A stretch of DNA of 64,000 nucleotides. It comes from Octopus vulgaris. Taxonomy: Eukaryota. The position numbers and the translations under genes were made by a program. The notes below the pieces were generated by a model, which saw nothing but the letters and a program-made list of their open reading frames with translations, was not told the origin of the DNA and did no database searches. This document shows, piece by piece, positions 42,797 through 55,189 of this stretch. Within the stretch, counting starts at the first letter, position 1; every line of letters begins with the position of its first letter. Location of the stretch: the NCBI GenBank assembly GCA_951406725.2, contig OX597832.1:24242001-24306000 (forward strand). The letters are read 5' to 3'.

Positions 42797-43233
42797 AGAA
42801 AACTACCTTAGGGTCACTGTGTCTGCTTTGGCAGGCCTCTTACTGCTGGATGCTCTTCCTAACATCCTGTATGCATGTTTGTTGTGATGGTGATGCGCTT
42901 GCAGCCTGCTGGAAATCACACCCTATCATCTTAAAGAAGAAGTGGGGGAACACATCAGATAATGTACTCCTAGATACACCAAACGATGGCAGGTTCACAG
43001 ATGGAGACCATTTTGCTCATTAGTCTGATGAATCGGGGGTTAACTTGGAGTTGAGTCAACACTGATGAGGATTAAATGTAAATATACAAAATGTAGTTCT
43101 GTGAATTTGCAGGCCTGTTGAACCCACAAACTTCTGTTTGTGTAAGTGGGTGGGGGTTGGGTGGGGGGAAACGAACAAAATATATAAAGCATAATTTATT
43201 ATTACTATTATTATTCAATATTCTTTTTTGCAG

Positions 43234-43343
43234 GGAATGACAGACACAGCCAGCCCTTCTCGAAGTAAAAGCAAGCGAGCCTTCTCTCCTTCATCTCACC
43301 GATCCAGGTCATCCAGTCCAAAAAAATCCAAACGCTCAAAAAG
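43234..43343 (+). CDS. U2SURP: U2SURP exon, RS-rich (GMTDTASPSRSKSKR...)
   Basis: ttgcag / gttatt; Ser/Arg/Lys-rich, phase-consistent. Confidence 0.85.
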
Positions 43344-44778
43344 GTTATTTCACATTTTTGTTTCCTCCTCCTCCTCCTCCCCACTTCCTTTTGGGCTCTT
43401 GGGTGGGGGTGAAAGGTGAATGATGTACCCTTTTATCTTTTAGAGTCTTTTTTTTTTCTTTTCTTTAAAGCCTGGTGCTTATTCTGTTGGTTCCTTTTGC
43501 CAAACTGCTAAGTTAGGATGATGTAAATACACAAACACCAGTTGTCAAACAGTCATCAGGGACAAACATAGACACACACACACACGCACACATATATATA
43601 TATATGATGGGCTTCATTCAGTTTCCATCTACGAAATCCACTAACCAAGCTTTGGATAAAAGAAAATACAGGAGGATCAATTGATTGTGATTTTATCAAA
43701 CATATTCCTTTCTTCTGATTCACACACTTACTGCAGTGGTCCTTCAGTTTTTCTAAGCCCTGTTAAAGAACTCAGAAGGTTGGGCTTCCATCCAAGCCTT
43801 TCATGACACCCTTAATGCTAGGAACTTTTCTGTATCCCTCGTGTGTATATATATACTGGAGTAAGCACATAAATGTGAAACAAGGTTGATAAAAGAGTAC
43901 TGAAATACCAGAGGTAGAGTAATATGCTTTATTTAAAAGCAGCAGAAATATAACAAAAGCTGTTACTCAGAGTTTCACGTTCCCATTTGTTGGACAGTTT
44001 TGTTAGAATGGGACAGAAATGACGATATAATCAAACAAAAACAAAAAACTGGTTTAAAGGATACACCTTTGAAAATGGTTTTGTTTTATTGGTCCTTATG
44101 TACGTATACATGCACGCGTATAAAATCTTTTGGCATATACATGTAAGACAAATGTGTACACATATGATGCAATACAAGCACATAATACGTCTTAGTGTAT
44201 GTATACAGAGGACAGTTATTACAGATGAGAGAAATGGGAAGTTTATCTTAAGCGTAGGAAGGAGGGAGAGAGAAAGATAAAGAAACAAAGACGTAAAAAC
44301 TAGCAAACGAAAGAGAAAGAGAGAAAAAATTCTTTTAAGGGCGTGAGGGGAGAAATAGCTCACGAAATATGTGTGACGAACGTACACATAAAATAAAAAA
44401 TAAAAATTACATATATATATATATACATAAGTATACATTAGCATACAAATACACACATATATGATTACGTATATAAATATACAGAAATATGTATGTAAAT
44501 ACATATTCACACAAATATAAGTGTAGATATATATATATATGCCTATGTACTATGTACGTAAATATAAACATGTATATTTACATACATACACAGACACACA
44601 GATACAAATACATATGCATGCCTACAATACACGCATCCACATAAAAAGACAACATATATATATGTGTGTGTATATATATGTGTGTGTATATATATGTGTG
44701 TGTGTGTGTATATATATATGTGTGCGTGTGTATATATATGTGTGTGCGTGTCTATATATATGTGTGTGTGTATATATA

Positions 44779-44811
<33 letters not shown>

Positions 44812-44827
44812 TACACACACATACACA

Positions 44828-45052
44828 TACGAGGGGGTGCTGAAAAGTTCCTGGCTTTGGGTAAAAGAAAATACAAGAGAATCAATTAATTATGATTTTA
44901 TTGAACATATTCCCCTCTTCTGATTCACACCCTTATTGCAGTGGTCCTTCAGTTTTTTCTAAGCCCTGTAAAAAGAACTCAGAAGGTCAGGCCTCCAGCC
45001 AGACCTTTCGCAATAACCTTAAAGCCAAGGACTTTCCAAGCACTCCCTCATA
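44828..45052. mobile_element. mariner-type MITE
   Basis: TA-cgagggggtgctgaaaagttcc / ggactttccaagcactccctca-TA; older copy at ~43646-43843. Confidence 0.7.
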
Positions 45053-45849
45053 TGTTACGGGTTTAATGAACCACTTATTTATTCATACGCAGGCTTTGCA
45101 CAGTACCTACATATGTTTTCACAATCACACATTAAATCATAAACGTGCCTCTGTACACGTAGGTCTTTCAAGGTAACTTTTTCCATTTATTTTCCTCTGC
45201 CATCAGTTTGAAACATGTTGAATTAATTTACAATGTCAGAATGTTTGTTTTGCATTTGATATTTTTATCTTTTTTTTTTTTTTCAATTCTATGTTGTGTC
45301 CTTTTGGCAATTTAAGAAATTATCATCATTACCATCATCATTAGAATTCTAAGTCAGCCTTGGGCTAAATTTTGGCCTTTTCCACCTATGTTTCAAGATC
45401 ATATCTTGGCATGGTCAACTTGGTATTTTTAATTTTTTGCAAACCAATGAGAGACTGTCTGTGTAGTAACCTGACTTACTAAAATTAGTAGCTAAATCTT
45501 CTCAAATTACATCCAACAGTCTTATAAAGAGAATGGTTCCCCTCCTTGAATAATACAACCTTGCCGATCCATCACCTTATTGTTGCTGCTGCTGCTACTA
45601 TTACTACAGTTCTCATACACATGATGGGCTTCCCTCAGTTTCCATTTACATAATCCACTTAAAAGGTTTTGGTTGGACAGGTGTTATAGAAGAAGACAAT
45701 TGCTTAAGATACCATGCAGTGGGGTGGAATCTCTGAAGCCACATGGTTGGTAAGAGAATTTCTGAACCACTACACAGTCACACTCGTGCATATTATGTAA
45801 AAAAAACCCAAAAAACATAGGAAACAGCAACAATATGGAAAGGGAAAGA

Positions 45850-46320
45850 AACAGAATATCCCAATGGCATGACAGCCATCAGAGTCAGTCAAGGAGCCCC
45901 CAAAGGTCCAGGATTGCCCCAATAATTGTGACGGGCAAGTACCCACTCACAGCTATGTTGTCTGTCAATACAGGTACTTGCTGAGTGTGGGCCCAGTGAT
46001 GTGGACCTTACTCATTATTCTTCAGGAAATTTGCTGCAAGACGGTACCTGCCTTTCCTTCCTCGCCTTCTTCTACAAATGAAATTTGAAGAAGCCTTTGA
46101 TGGCTTTGGCTGGAAAAAAAAAAGTGTGTATTTTCAGTTCTTTGAATCTCGTCCACTTCACAGTCTCTATCACTACGGCCACCAGACAGAAGAAAGCTCC
46201 TTGCCCTTCCTGACCAAAGGAAAAGGGGTCGATTGGGGGAGAGGATGTCTTCATGATGGACTCTTCTAATAGCTGCATCTATCCTCTTGCATGTGACAAC
46301 TTTTTGACATAGGTACAAGG
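45850..46320 (-). mobile_element. Decayed L1/Tx1-like LINE 3' end
   Basis: FFCLVAVVIETVKWTR...FFKFHL*KKARKERQV resembles Tx1 ORF2 C-termini; by eye only. Confidence 0.4.
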
Positions 46321-46339
46321 TGATTGGGTGTCATTGATT

Positions 46340-46691
46340 TAGTTCTCTCAAGAAGGTGGAAAGCAGAGTTGACCTCAACGGGATTTGAACTCTGGATGTA
46401 GATAGAGAACCCTAAATGTTACAATGCCATTTTTCTAGCTCTCTACTAATTCTGCCATTCCACTGCCCTCCTCCTCCTCCTACTACTACTACTACTGCTT
46501 ATGGTAGTAACCACTTCTACTGGGGGGGAAGGGGCTAGTTGGTTGCATCAGCCCCAGTGCTTGACTAATTAACCCTGAAAGGATGAAAGTGAAAATCCAC
46601 ATTGGTGGAATTTGAACTCAGAACCTGAAGATAGACAAAATACTGCTAAGCATTTTGTTCAGTGTGCTAATGATTCTGTCAGCTCACCACC

Positions 46692-46729
<38 letters not shown>

Positions 46730-47640
46730 TATAATCCTTTCTACTAAAGGCACAAGGCCTGAAATTTTTGGAGAGAGAACTAGCCGATTACATCAACCCC
46801 AGTGTGTAACTGGTACTGAATTTATCAACCCTGAAAGGATGAAAGGCAAAGTTGACCTTGGCAGAATTTGAACTCAGAATGTAAAAGCAAACGAAATGCA
46901 GCTAATCATTTTGCCTCGCATGCTAACGTTTCTGCCAGCTCACCACTCTAATAATGATGATGATCCTTTCTACTATAGGTGCAAGGCCTGAAATTTGGGG
47001 GAGGAGATAAGTCGATTACATTGACCCCAGTACTCGACTGGTATTAAATTATTGACCTCAAAAGGATTAAAGGCATAGTCGACCTTGGCAGAATTTGAAC
47101 TCACAATGTAGTGATGAGCGAAATACTAAGCATTTTGCCCAGCATGCTAACAGTTCTGCCAGCTTGCCACCCTTAATAGTAATAGTAACAATAATAATAA
47201 TAATAATAATAATAATAATCCTTTTTACTGGATGCACAAGGCTTCAAATTTCGGGGAAGGGATTGATTATACCAACCCCAGTGCGTAACTGGTACTTATT
47301 TAATCGACCCTGAAAGGTTGAAAGGCAAAGTCAACCTCAGCGGAATTTGAACTCAGAACATAGCAGCAGATGAAGTACTGCCTAGCAGAATTGTGCTAAC
47401 AATTCTTATTTCTTTATTGCCCACAAGGGGCTAAACATAGAGGGGACAAACAAGGACAGACAAACAGATTAAGTCGATTACATCGACCCCCAGTGCGTAA
47501 CTGGTACTTAATTTATCAACCCCGAAAGGATGAAAGGCAAAGTCGACCTCGGCGGAATATGAACTCAGAATGTAATGGCAGACGAAATACGGCTACGCAT
47601 TTCGCCCGGCATGCTAACAATTCTGCCAGCACACTACCTT
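46340..47640 (-). mobile_element. Tandem cluster of about six family B SINEs separated by (TAA)n
   Basis: Repeated gaaaggatgaaaggcaaagtcgacc...gaatttgaactcagaa blocks. Confidence 0.8.
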
Positions 47641-47820
47641 TTCAATAATAATAATGATGATGATGATAATAATATATTTAAGTTGTCCATCAACTCTTTG
47701 TGAAAGAAATATTTTCTGTTTACCTTGCAAATAGAGAAATCATTGTCGTCATCGTTTTACGATAAAACTCCTAAATCAATTATTATTACCTTTTGTTAAT
47801 TCTTTTCTTGTGTTTTTCAG

Positions 47821-47941
47821 TCCAAAACGGTCAAAGCACTCCAGGTCCAGATCGAGATCAAGATCACCGAGCTCTATGTTAGATTCTCGTTCACCCAGTC
47901 GTCATCGTCATAAACACAAGAAAAATAAGCACAGGGAGTGA
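47821..47941 (+). CDS. U2SURP: U2SURP last coding exon (SRSRSRSRSP...HKHKKNKHRE*)
   Basis: tttcag acceptor; RS dipeptides and KKNKH terminus; TGA at 47939-47941. Confidence 0.92.
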
Positions 47942-47968
47942 AAGTTTGCGTGTTATCTTGTAAAATGA

Positions 47969-47974
47969 ATTAAA
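47969..47974 (+). promoter_or_regulatory. Possible polyadenylation signal ATTAAA
   Basis: Variant hexamer 28 nt after the stop, followed by U-rich sequence; unverified. Confidence 0.3.
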
Positions 47975-48107
47975 CGTTATCTTGTCTCACCTACATTAAC
48001 CATCTCGTTGTTCTTCTTCTTCTTGTTATCGATTGTCGTTCTGAAGACCCAGGGTCAGTGGTGACAGCAGCACAGACTTTATCTGGCACGTTGCTGCGTC
48101 AACTAGA

Positions 48108-48742
48108 CAACCAACCTGATTTATTGTGCCCAGACGTGTCTGGTCTCTGCTGAGGACCATACGCTGTTTTTGGGGTTACTTAAATAGGCTGGATGAGGTC
48201 AGTGTGACCATCGAGACATTCGCTTTCTTTATTGTTCCAGCTGCTGGGGGTCATAGTGGGAGCCCAACCAACCTGATTTATTGTGCCTAGACGTGTCTGG
48301 TCTCTGCTGAGAACCATACGCTGGTTTTGGGGTTACTCAAGTAGGCTGGATGAGGTCAGTGTGACCATCGAGACATTCGCTTTCTTTATTGTTCCATCTG
48401 CTGGGGGTCACAGTGGGAGCCCAGCCAACCTGATTTATTGTGCCTAGACGTGTCTAGTCTCTGCTGAGGACCATGCGCTGTTTTTGGGGGTTACTCAAAT
48501 AGGCTGGATGAGGTCAGTGTGACCATTGAGACATTCGCTTTCTTTATTGTTCCAGCTGCTGGTGGTGGTCACAGTGGGAGCCCAACCAACCTAATTTATT
48601 GTGCCTAGACGTGTCTGGTCTCTGCTGAGGACCATACGCTGTTTTTGGGGTTACTCAAATAGGCTGGATGAGGTCAGTGTGACCATCGAGACATTCTCTT
48701 TCTTTATTGTTCCATCTGCTGGTGGTGGTCACAGTGGGAGCC
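48108..48742. repeat. Four-copy 157-161-bp tandem repeat
   Basis: ccaacct(g/a)att recurs at 48111, 48268, 48425, 48586. Confidence 0.95.
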
Positions 48743-49028
48743 AGCAGGGTGGACTCAGAGCACACACTTTTGGCTTCTCTGCTCTTAGTGTTGAGTTTCA
48801 TTTCCTTTTTATATTGTTGTTACTTCTGCTTTTTCATGCTGGCATGGGTTAGAGCAGTGGTTCTCAACCATTTTTTGTGTATGAACCCCTTAGATTCCTA
48901 TTTTAACTCGAGGTATGGGACTCCCATAGCCATTTGATATCTAAAATCTCTTATGCTTTTATGATTGAATATTGTTAGGAATTGTATTAAAAATGTTTGA
49001 ATATTTTGTGTTTTGTATAAATAGACAC

Positions 49029-49640
49029 AGGAATGGCTGTGTGGTAAGTAGCTTGCTTACCAACCACATGGTTCCAGGTTCAGTCCCACTGCGTAGCACC
49101 TTGGGCAAGTGTCTTCTACTATAGCCTCGGGTCAACCAAAGCCTTATGAGTTGATTAGGTAGACAGAAACTGAAAGAAGCCCCGCGTATATATGTGTATA
49201 TATATATATATATATGTTTGTTTGTCTGTGTTTGTCCCCTTAGCATTGTTTGACAACCGATGCTGGTGTGTTTACGTCCCCGTTACTTAGTGGTTCGGCA
49301 TAACTGTGGCCATGCTGGAGCACCACCTTTAGTCGACCAAATCGGCCCCAAGACTTATTCTTTGTAACCCTAGTACTTATTCTATTGGGCTCTTGCCGAA
49401 CCGTTAAGTTACGGGGATGTAAACACACCATCGGTTGTCAAGCGATGTTGGGGGGAAAAACACTCATACACATATGCAACGGGCTTCTTTCAGTTTCCAT
49501 CTACCAAATCCACTCACAAAGCTTTGGTCTGCCCGAGGCTATAGTAGAAGACACTTGCTCAAGATGCCACACAGTGGGACTGAACCTGGAACCATGTGGT
49601 TCGTAAGCAAGCTACTTACCACACAGCCACTCATGTGCCT
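49029..49640. mobile_element. Tail-to-tail inverted pair of family A SINEs
   Basis: + copy 49029-49300, - copy 49303-49640. Confidence 0.85.
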
Positions 49641-49879
49641 ATATATGTCAAGATTTTCTGTAGTAATTATACCCAGCTCTGACTTTGTTACGACCTTTTG
49701 TATCCAAGGCATCAGATGTAAACAAACAATGAAATCGAAGATGAAAAAAGGGTAATGAGCGTATATACCACATTTTGGGAGTTTTCGTCCCTTCATCACC
49801 ACACATCTAATCCCTTAATTATCCATGAACACATCATTTAAATAGCTACTAAATACTGTGATATAACATTATTGGACAT

Positions 49880-50086
49880 ACTCTTTTACTTGTTTCAGTC
49901 ATTTGACTGCGGCCATGCTGGAGCACCGCCTTTAATCGAGCAACTCGACCCCGGGTCTTATTCTTTTTTTGTAAGCCCAGTACTTATTCTATCGGTCTCT
50001 TTGCCGAACCGCTAAGTAACTGGGACATAAACACACCAGCATCGGTTGTCAAGCGATGTTGGGAGGGGACAGACACACACACATAC

Positions 50087-50136
<50 letters not shown>

Positions 50137-50277
50137 CAGGCTTCTTTCAGTTTCCGTCTACCAAATCCACTCACAAGGCTGTGGTCGGCCCGAGGCTATA
50201 GTAGAAGACACTTGCCCAAGGTGCTACGCAGTGGGACTGAACCCGGAACCATGTGGTTGGTAAACAAGCTACTTACC
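49880..50277 (-). mobile_element. SINE family A
   Basis: Reverse complement of 3098-3522. Confidence 0.85.
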
Positions 50278-51325
50278 TATACTAATTTTACATATTGAAC
50301 ATATTCCTGGAAGCTGGTATGAAAATGTCAATGACTTGCAGGCAGATAGTATTTCATTATGCAACCATATGCTACAAAATATGTTAAATGTTTTTATAAG
50401 TTAATACTGCATTCCAGTGCATTAGCAGTGCGCTTAAATCATGAGTTAAGTTCATCTCTGCAAGAGTTTCACTAATGGTAATTACCACACACAGGTTTTT
50501 TCTAATAGATCATCCACGATTGCCTCTGTCGCTAATATCATCATCGTCATCATTTAACATTTGTTTTCCATACTGGCATGGACAGTTTGACCTGGGCTGG
50601 CAATGTGAGGGGCCTGCACAAACTCGTCTGATTTGGCGTGGTTTCTATGGCTGGATGCCCTTCCTAATGCCAACCACTCCAAGAATATAATGGATGCCAG
50701 TTGCATCACTCCTGTATCTACCACGGACCTAATTTCACTTGGCTTGATGGGGTCTTCTGCTGAAGCTTGACATATTGCCGAAGGTCTCGGCCATTTGTCA
50801 TTGCCTCCATGAGGCCCAACACTCAAATGGTGCTTTTTACATGCCGCTGGCACAGGTTTTAGTCATGCAACAGCAGCTTCAGCCACCTTGACTCTGTGAC
50901 ACCCATTTTTAAAACGGGTAGAATATTTGAGTTGGATATGGTTGGTTTTAATGTTAAAGGGTTAAAAAAAAGGGTGTTTGTATCACAGAATCAAGGGCAG
51001 TCTTGGGCAGCTTTCTTCAAGAGGATTAATCAGAAAGGGGTTTTGATAACTGATCTGGGAATGTCAGCAAAGGTCCATGGGCACTGCAATCCCTTTCCTG
51101 ATGATTTATTTTTTAAAATCCATCAACACACAAAAATTAATACATAAATATATATATTGTCATTTAACATCCGCTTTCCATGCTGGCATGGGTTGGATAC
51201 GCAGACACACACACACACACACGTGTGTGTGTGTGTGCAGGCATGGCTGTGTGGTAAGAAGTTTGCTACCCAACCACATGTTTCCAGGTTCAGTCCCACT
51301 GCGTGGCACCTTGGGCAAGTGGCTG

Positions 51326-51431
51326 TCATAACTTTTGATACACCAAACATTTCAGCTGTTTTCATTATGCTAGCACCTGCCATATGAGCACCAACAATTT
51401 GACCTCTTTGAAAGTCTGATAGATCTGTCAT
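51326..51431 (-). pseudogene. Tc1-like transposase N-terminal fragment
   Basis: MTDLSDFQRGQIVGAHMAGASIMKTAEMFGVSK paired-like HTH start. Confidence 0.75.
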
Positions 51432-52967
51432 TTTAATGAATTTTAATTACCTTTTACTGATGATATCTGAAAGGCTTACAACGAATAAGTCCTGGGGTCG
51501 ATTTGTTCGACTAAAGGCATTGCTCCAGCATGGTCGTAGTCAAATGTCTGAAACAAGTAAAAGAATAAAAGAATACACACACACATAGTTGAATTTTATG
51601 GAAAAACAAAAAAACGAAGACAGGTGTATAAACAACAAGCAGGTGTGTTTGTTTGACGGTCAGGAAAGTGAGAGAGTCTTTTATGTTTTGAGCCTATGCT
51701 CTTCAACAGAAAGGAAATATGAGAAAATAAACATAAAGAGAATGAAAAAAAAAACTTTTGGAGTTAACAGCCAATCAGGAAATAGATAGGTAGATAGATT
51801 TCTTTATCGGTAGGGCTGAACACAGAAGGGACAAAATTCAAAGTAGAGCTTTTCTTTTTGGGAAGAAGAGGAGAAAAATAGGGGGCGAATTCCAATCAAA
51901 AGGGATCGAGAAAAGATAGACAGGCAGACGGACAAATAGGTAGGGAGCCAATCAGATAGGTAGATAGATAGACAGACAGACAGACAAATAGGTAGGTAGG
52001 TAGGTAGATAGATAGACAAAGAGACAGACAAATAGGTAGGTAGGTAGATAGACAGACAGATAGATCGATCAATACACACACACAGTTTCTCATTACCAAT
52101 TCCATTCACAAGGTATTTGTTGGTTGAAAGCTAGAGCAGGAAATAACTTGCTCAAGGTGCCATGCAACTCCACAGCTACAAAACAAACTTTGGGAAACCC
52201 CACTTTACCAGAGATAAATTTTTTATTGTTTTTGTTTTAGAAGATAGGATGTGCCTCGTTAAATTTTATTTGTAAAACGAGTAAAACAACTCGTGAGACT
52301 GAATTAATTTAATAACTCGTTAAAATAATTCATAAACTGTTTCTCTTTTTCCTTCCTCCTTCCTCCTCTTCTTCTTTGCCCTCTTTCTTTCTCTCTCTCT
52401 TCCCCTCCCTATCTGCCCATCCCACCTCTTCATCTCCTCCTCTCACCTCTCTTTTTCACCCTCTCTGCCTTTCATTAGTTTTCTTATAGACATAGCATAC
52501 CTAGGAATGTGTTGCCCAATGTGACCTTTTCTTTTTTTTTTCTTTAAATGATTTGAAGGACATTTTGCTACTTTTCTAGCAAATTATATGACCATATAGG
52601 AACCACTAATTAAGGCAGCAAGCTGGCAGAAATGTTAACACACTGGGCGAAATGATTTGTGGTATTTCACCTGCTGCTGTTTTCTGAGTTCGAATTCTGC
52701 CATTGTCGACTTTTCATCCTTTCGGGGTCGATTAAATAAGTACCAGTTATACGCTGGAGTCGATATAATCGACTTAATCCATTTGTCAGTCCTTGTTTGT
52801 CTCCTGTGTTTAGCCCCTTGAGGGTTGTAAAGAAATAAGGAAACCCTAATTGGCCTCTAGTTGTAACTATAATGGAATATTACAACTAACACTGCTGCTG
52901 CTGCTGCTGTTGCTACTACTACTACTATTGCTGCTGCTGCTACTGTTACTACTACTACTACTGTAAA

Positions 52968-53260
52968 GGCATATAGCTCAGTGGTTAGAGTGCCAGGCTC
53001 ACAATCATGAGGTAGTGAGTTCGAATACTGGACCAGACTGCATGTTGTGTTCTTGAGCAAGACACTATATTTCACGTTGCTCCAGTTCACTCAGCTGTAG
53101 AAATGAGTTGCAACGTTATTGGTGCCAAACTGTATCGACCCCTTTGCCTTTCCCTTAGATAACATCGGCAGCGTGGAGAGGGGAGGTTGGTATGCATGGG
53201 TGATTGCTGGTCTTCCATAAACAACCCTTCCTTGGAGGGGAACTTTCTAGGTGCAATCAT
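52968..53260 (+). mobile_element. tRNA-headed CORE/V-like SINE
   Basis: tagctcagtggttagag...gttcgaatac head then gtgttcttgagcaagacac; no 3' acceptor stem, so not a tRNA gene. Confidence 0.65.
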
Positions 53261-53700
53261 GACCAAAGGCTGTTTTTACTAATCTGTTTCTACTTTAAGT
53301 AAAGGGATCATGTTCAAAATTCTTTTTGTATAGCTGTTGGTGATGTTGTTTGTTTCTGTTTAGCCCTAGGCCAGGTCAGCACTGATCAAGCTTGTCTTAT
53401 CTTCAGAACTGTTACAGTAGTAACCATCTCTGTGAAATAATTATTGTCAAGAATCTGTCATGCATTGCCTGAAAGGAAAAAAAAAAACAATATAAAAGGC
53501 GCAGGAGTGGCTGTGTGGTAAGTAGCTTGCTTACAAACCACATGGTTCTGGGTTCATTCCCACTGTGTGTGTGACACCTTGAGCAAGTGTCTTCTACTAT
53601 AGCCTCAGGCCGACTAAAGCCTTGTGAGTGGATTTGGTAGACGGAAACTGAAAGAGGCCCATCGTATATATGGACCCAAATCAAACTGTTTTAAATAATT

Positions 53701-53733
<33 letters not shown>

Positions 53734-54499
53734 TCATCATCATCATTTAACTTCTGTTGTCCATGCTGGCATGGGTTGAACGATTTGACCAGGGCTAGCA
53801 AGCTTGAAGGCTACACCAGCCTCTAGTCTGATTTGGCATGGTTTCTATGACTGGATGCCCTTCCTAATGCCAACTTATGTGTGTGCACGTGAGCACATGC
53901 ATGTACAGTGATCTTCTTTCAGCTTTGATCTATCAGATCCATTTACAAGGTATTCGTTGTCATAGAGCTATAATGGAAGACACTTGCCCAAGCCACCAGG
54001 CACTGGGGCTGAAATCAAAACAAAATTATTGGTAAGCCAACTTCTTAAATGAGAACATGGTGTGTCAAGCTTTATTCAAGAATACAGTTTTTCTAGCTAT
54101 AGAAAGGGTTGTGGCTTTCGCATTATTCAAGACTGCCAAAACAGTGTCACAAGAAGAACAATCTAGATTACAATACAGATAAAGGGGACAGGGCAGTTTT
54201 AATTATATTCAAAATCATGTTTATTTCATAGTTTTACGTCAACAAAAAGCAAGTATTTCTACAATGTTCGTTCAACTTAATAATTAGAATAACCCTGATT
54301 TTTCACTCTTTCTTCTGATGTATATTTATTACGCAGTGTTACTCGTAATGTGTGTCTTTTGATCACATCAAGTTTACTGACACAATTCATGCACCAGATG
54401 AGATGGATATGATTATTGTTAATTTTTTTCTGTCCCCTTCCAATTCTACATTCAGTCTCAAAAATGATAAAATAATAATAATGATAATAATAATAATAA

Positions 54500-54810
54500 T
54501 ACAAAGACCTGGAAATAGAGGTAACCAGAATGTGGAATCTAAAAACTGAAACAATTCCTATCATAGTAGGTATATTAGGTATAATAAAAAAAAATATTCA
54601 GACAAATACATAACAAAAACATCAGGACTTACAAACACATATAACATACAGAAAATTGCACTACTGGGCACTGCACACATCCTACGCAGAACACTTTCCA
54701 TACAATAACCATCAGAGTATCATCATAACAAATCACAGCACATACCCAAGGCACACAGAGCTGCGCTCGGTAGTGAAGTGAAAGCACGCTATAAAAATAA
54801 AACTACTGAA
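54500..54810 (+). mobile_element. R4/Dong-like non-LTR 3' fragment in (TAA)n
   Basis: YKDLEIEVTRMWNLKTETIPIIVG...IQKIALLGTAHILRRTLSIQ* with one frameshift in an A-run. Confidence 0.75.
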
Positions 54811-54834
54811 TAATAATAATAATAATAATAATAA

Positions 54835-55180
54835 GAGCATTCAGAGAGTACAAACCTCTGCCAAGGCAACAAATAGCTAGAGGTGATTATTAAAGTGAGA
54901 ATATCTGAAATAAACTCGACTGCTCTCACAAACGAGAATGCTAAAAATGAACCTGACCACTCTCAAAAATTAAGTAAAAAAAAAAACAAGAAAAATCATC
55001 CAGAATCCTTCTCCGGTACCAAGTCAATCCTAAAATCTAATCAGTTCGTGCCAGTCACAAGACCAAACGTCCCTGAAAATTTCATCCGAATCCATCCAGC
55101 GATTCCTGAGATATCTTGTCCATGGACAAACAAATACAACTGTAAACAATACCTCTGCTTTAGCGAAGGCAGATGTAATA
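54835..55180 (+). mobile_element. Helentron/HINE-like non-autonomous element
   Basis: acctctgcc near the 5' end, aaatttcatc...gagatatc body, 3' hairpin ctgctttagcgaaggcag. Confidence 0.4.
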
Positions 55181-55189
55181 ATAATAATA

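Noticed and set aside
48189-48220. Hammerhead in the 157-bp unit (ctggatga...atcgagac)
   Set aside because: Both core strands are non-canonical in all four copies.
48108-48742. CRISPR-like array
   Set aside because: Whole units repeat with no unique spacers; eukaryotic context and no cas genes.
52968-53040. Functional tRNA gene
   Set aside because: No matching 3' acceptor stem; runs into a SINE body.
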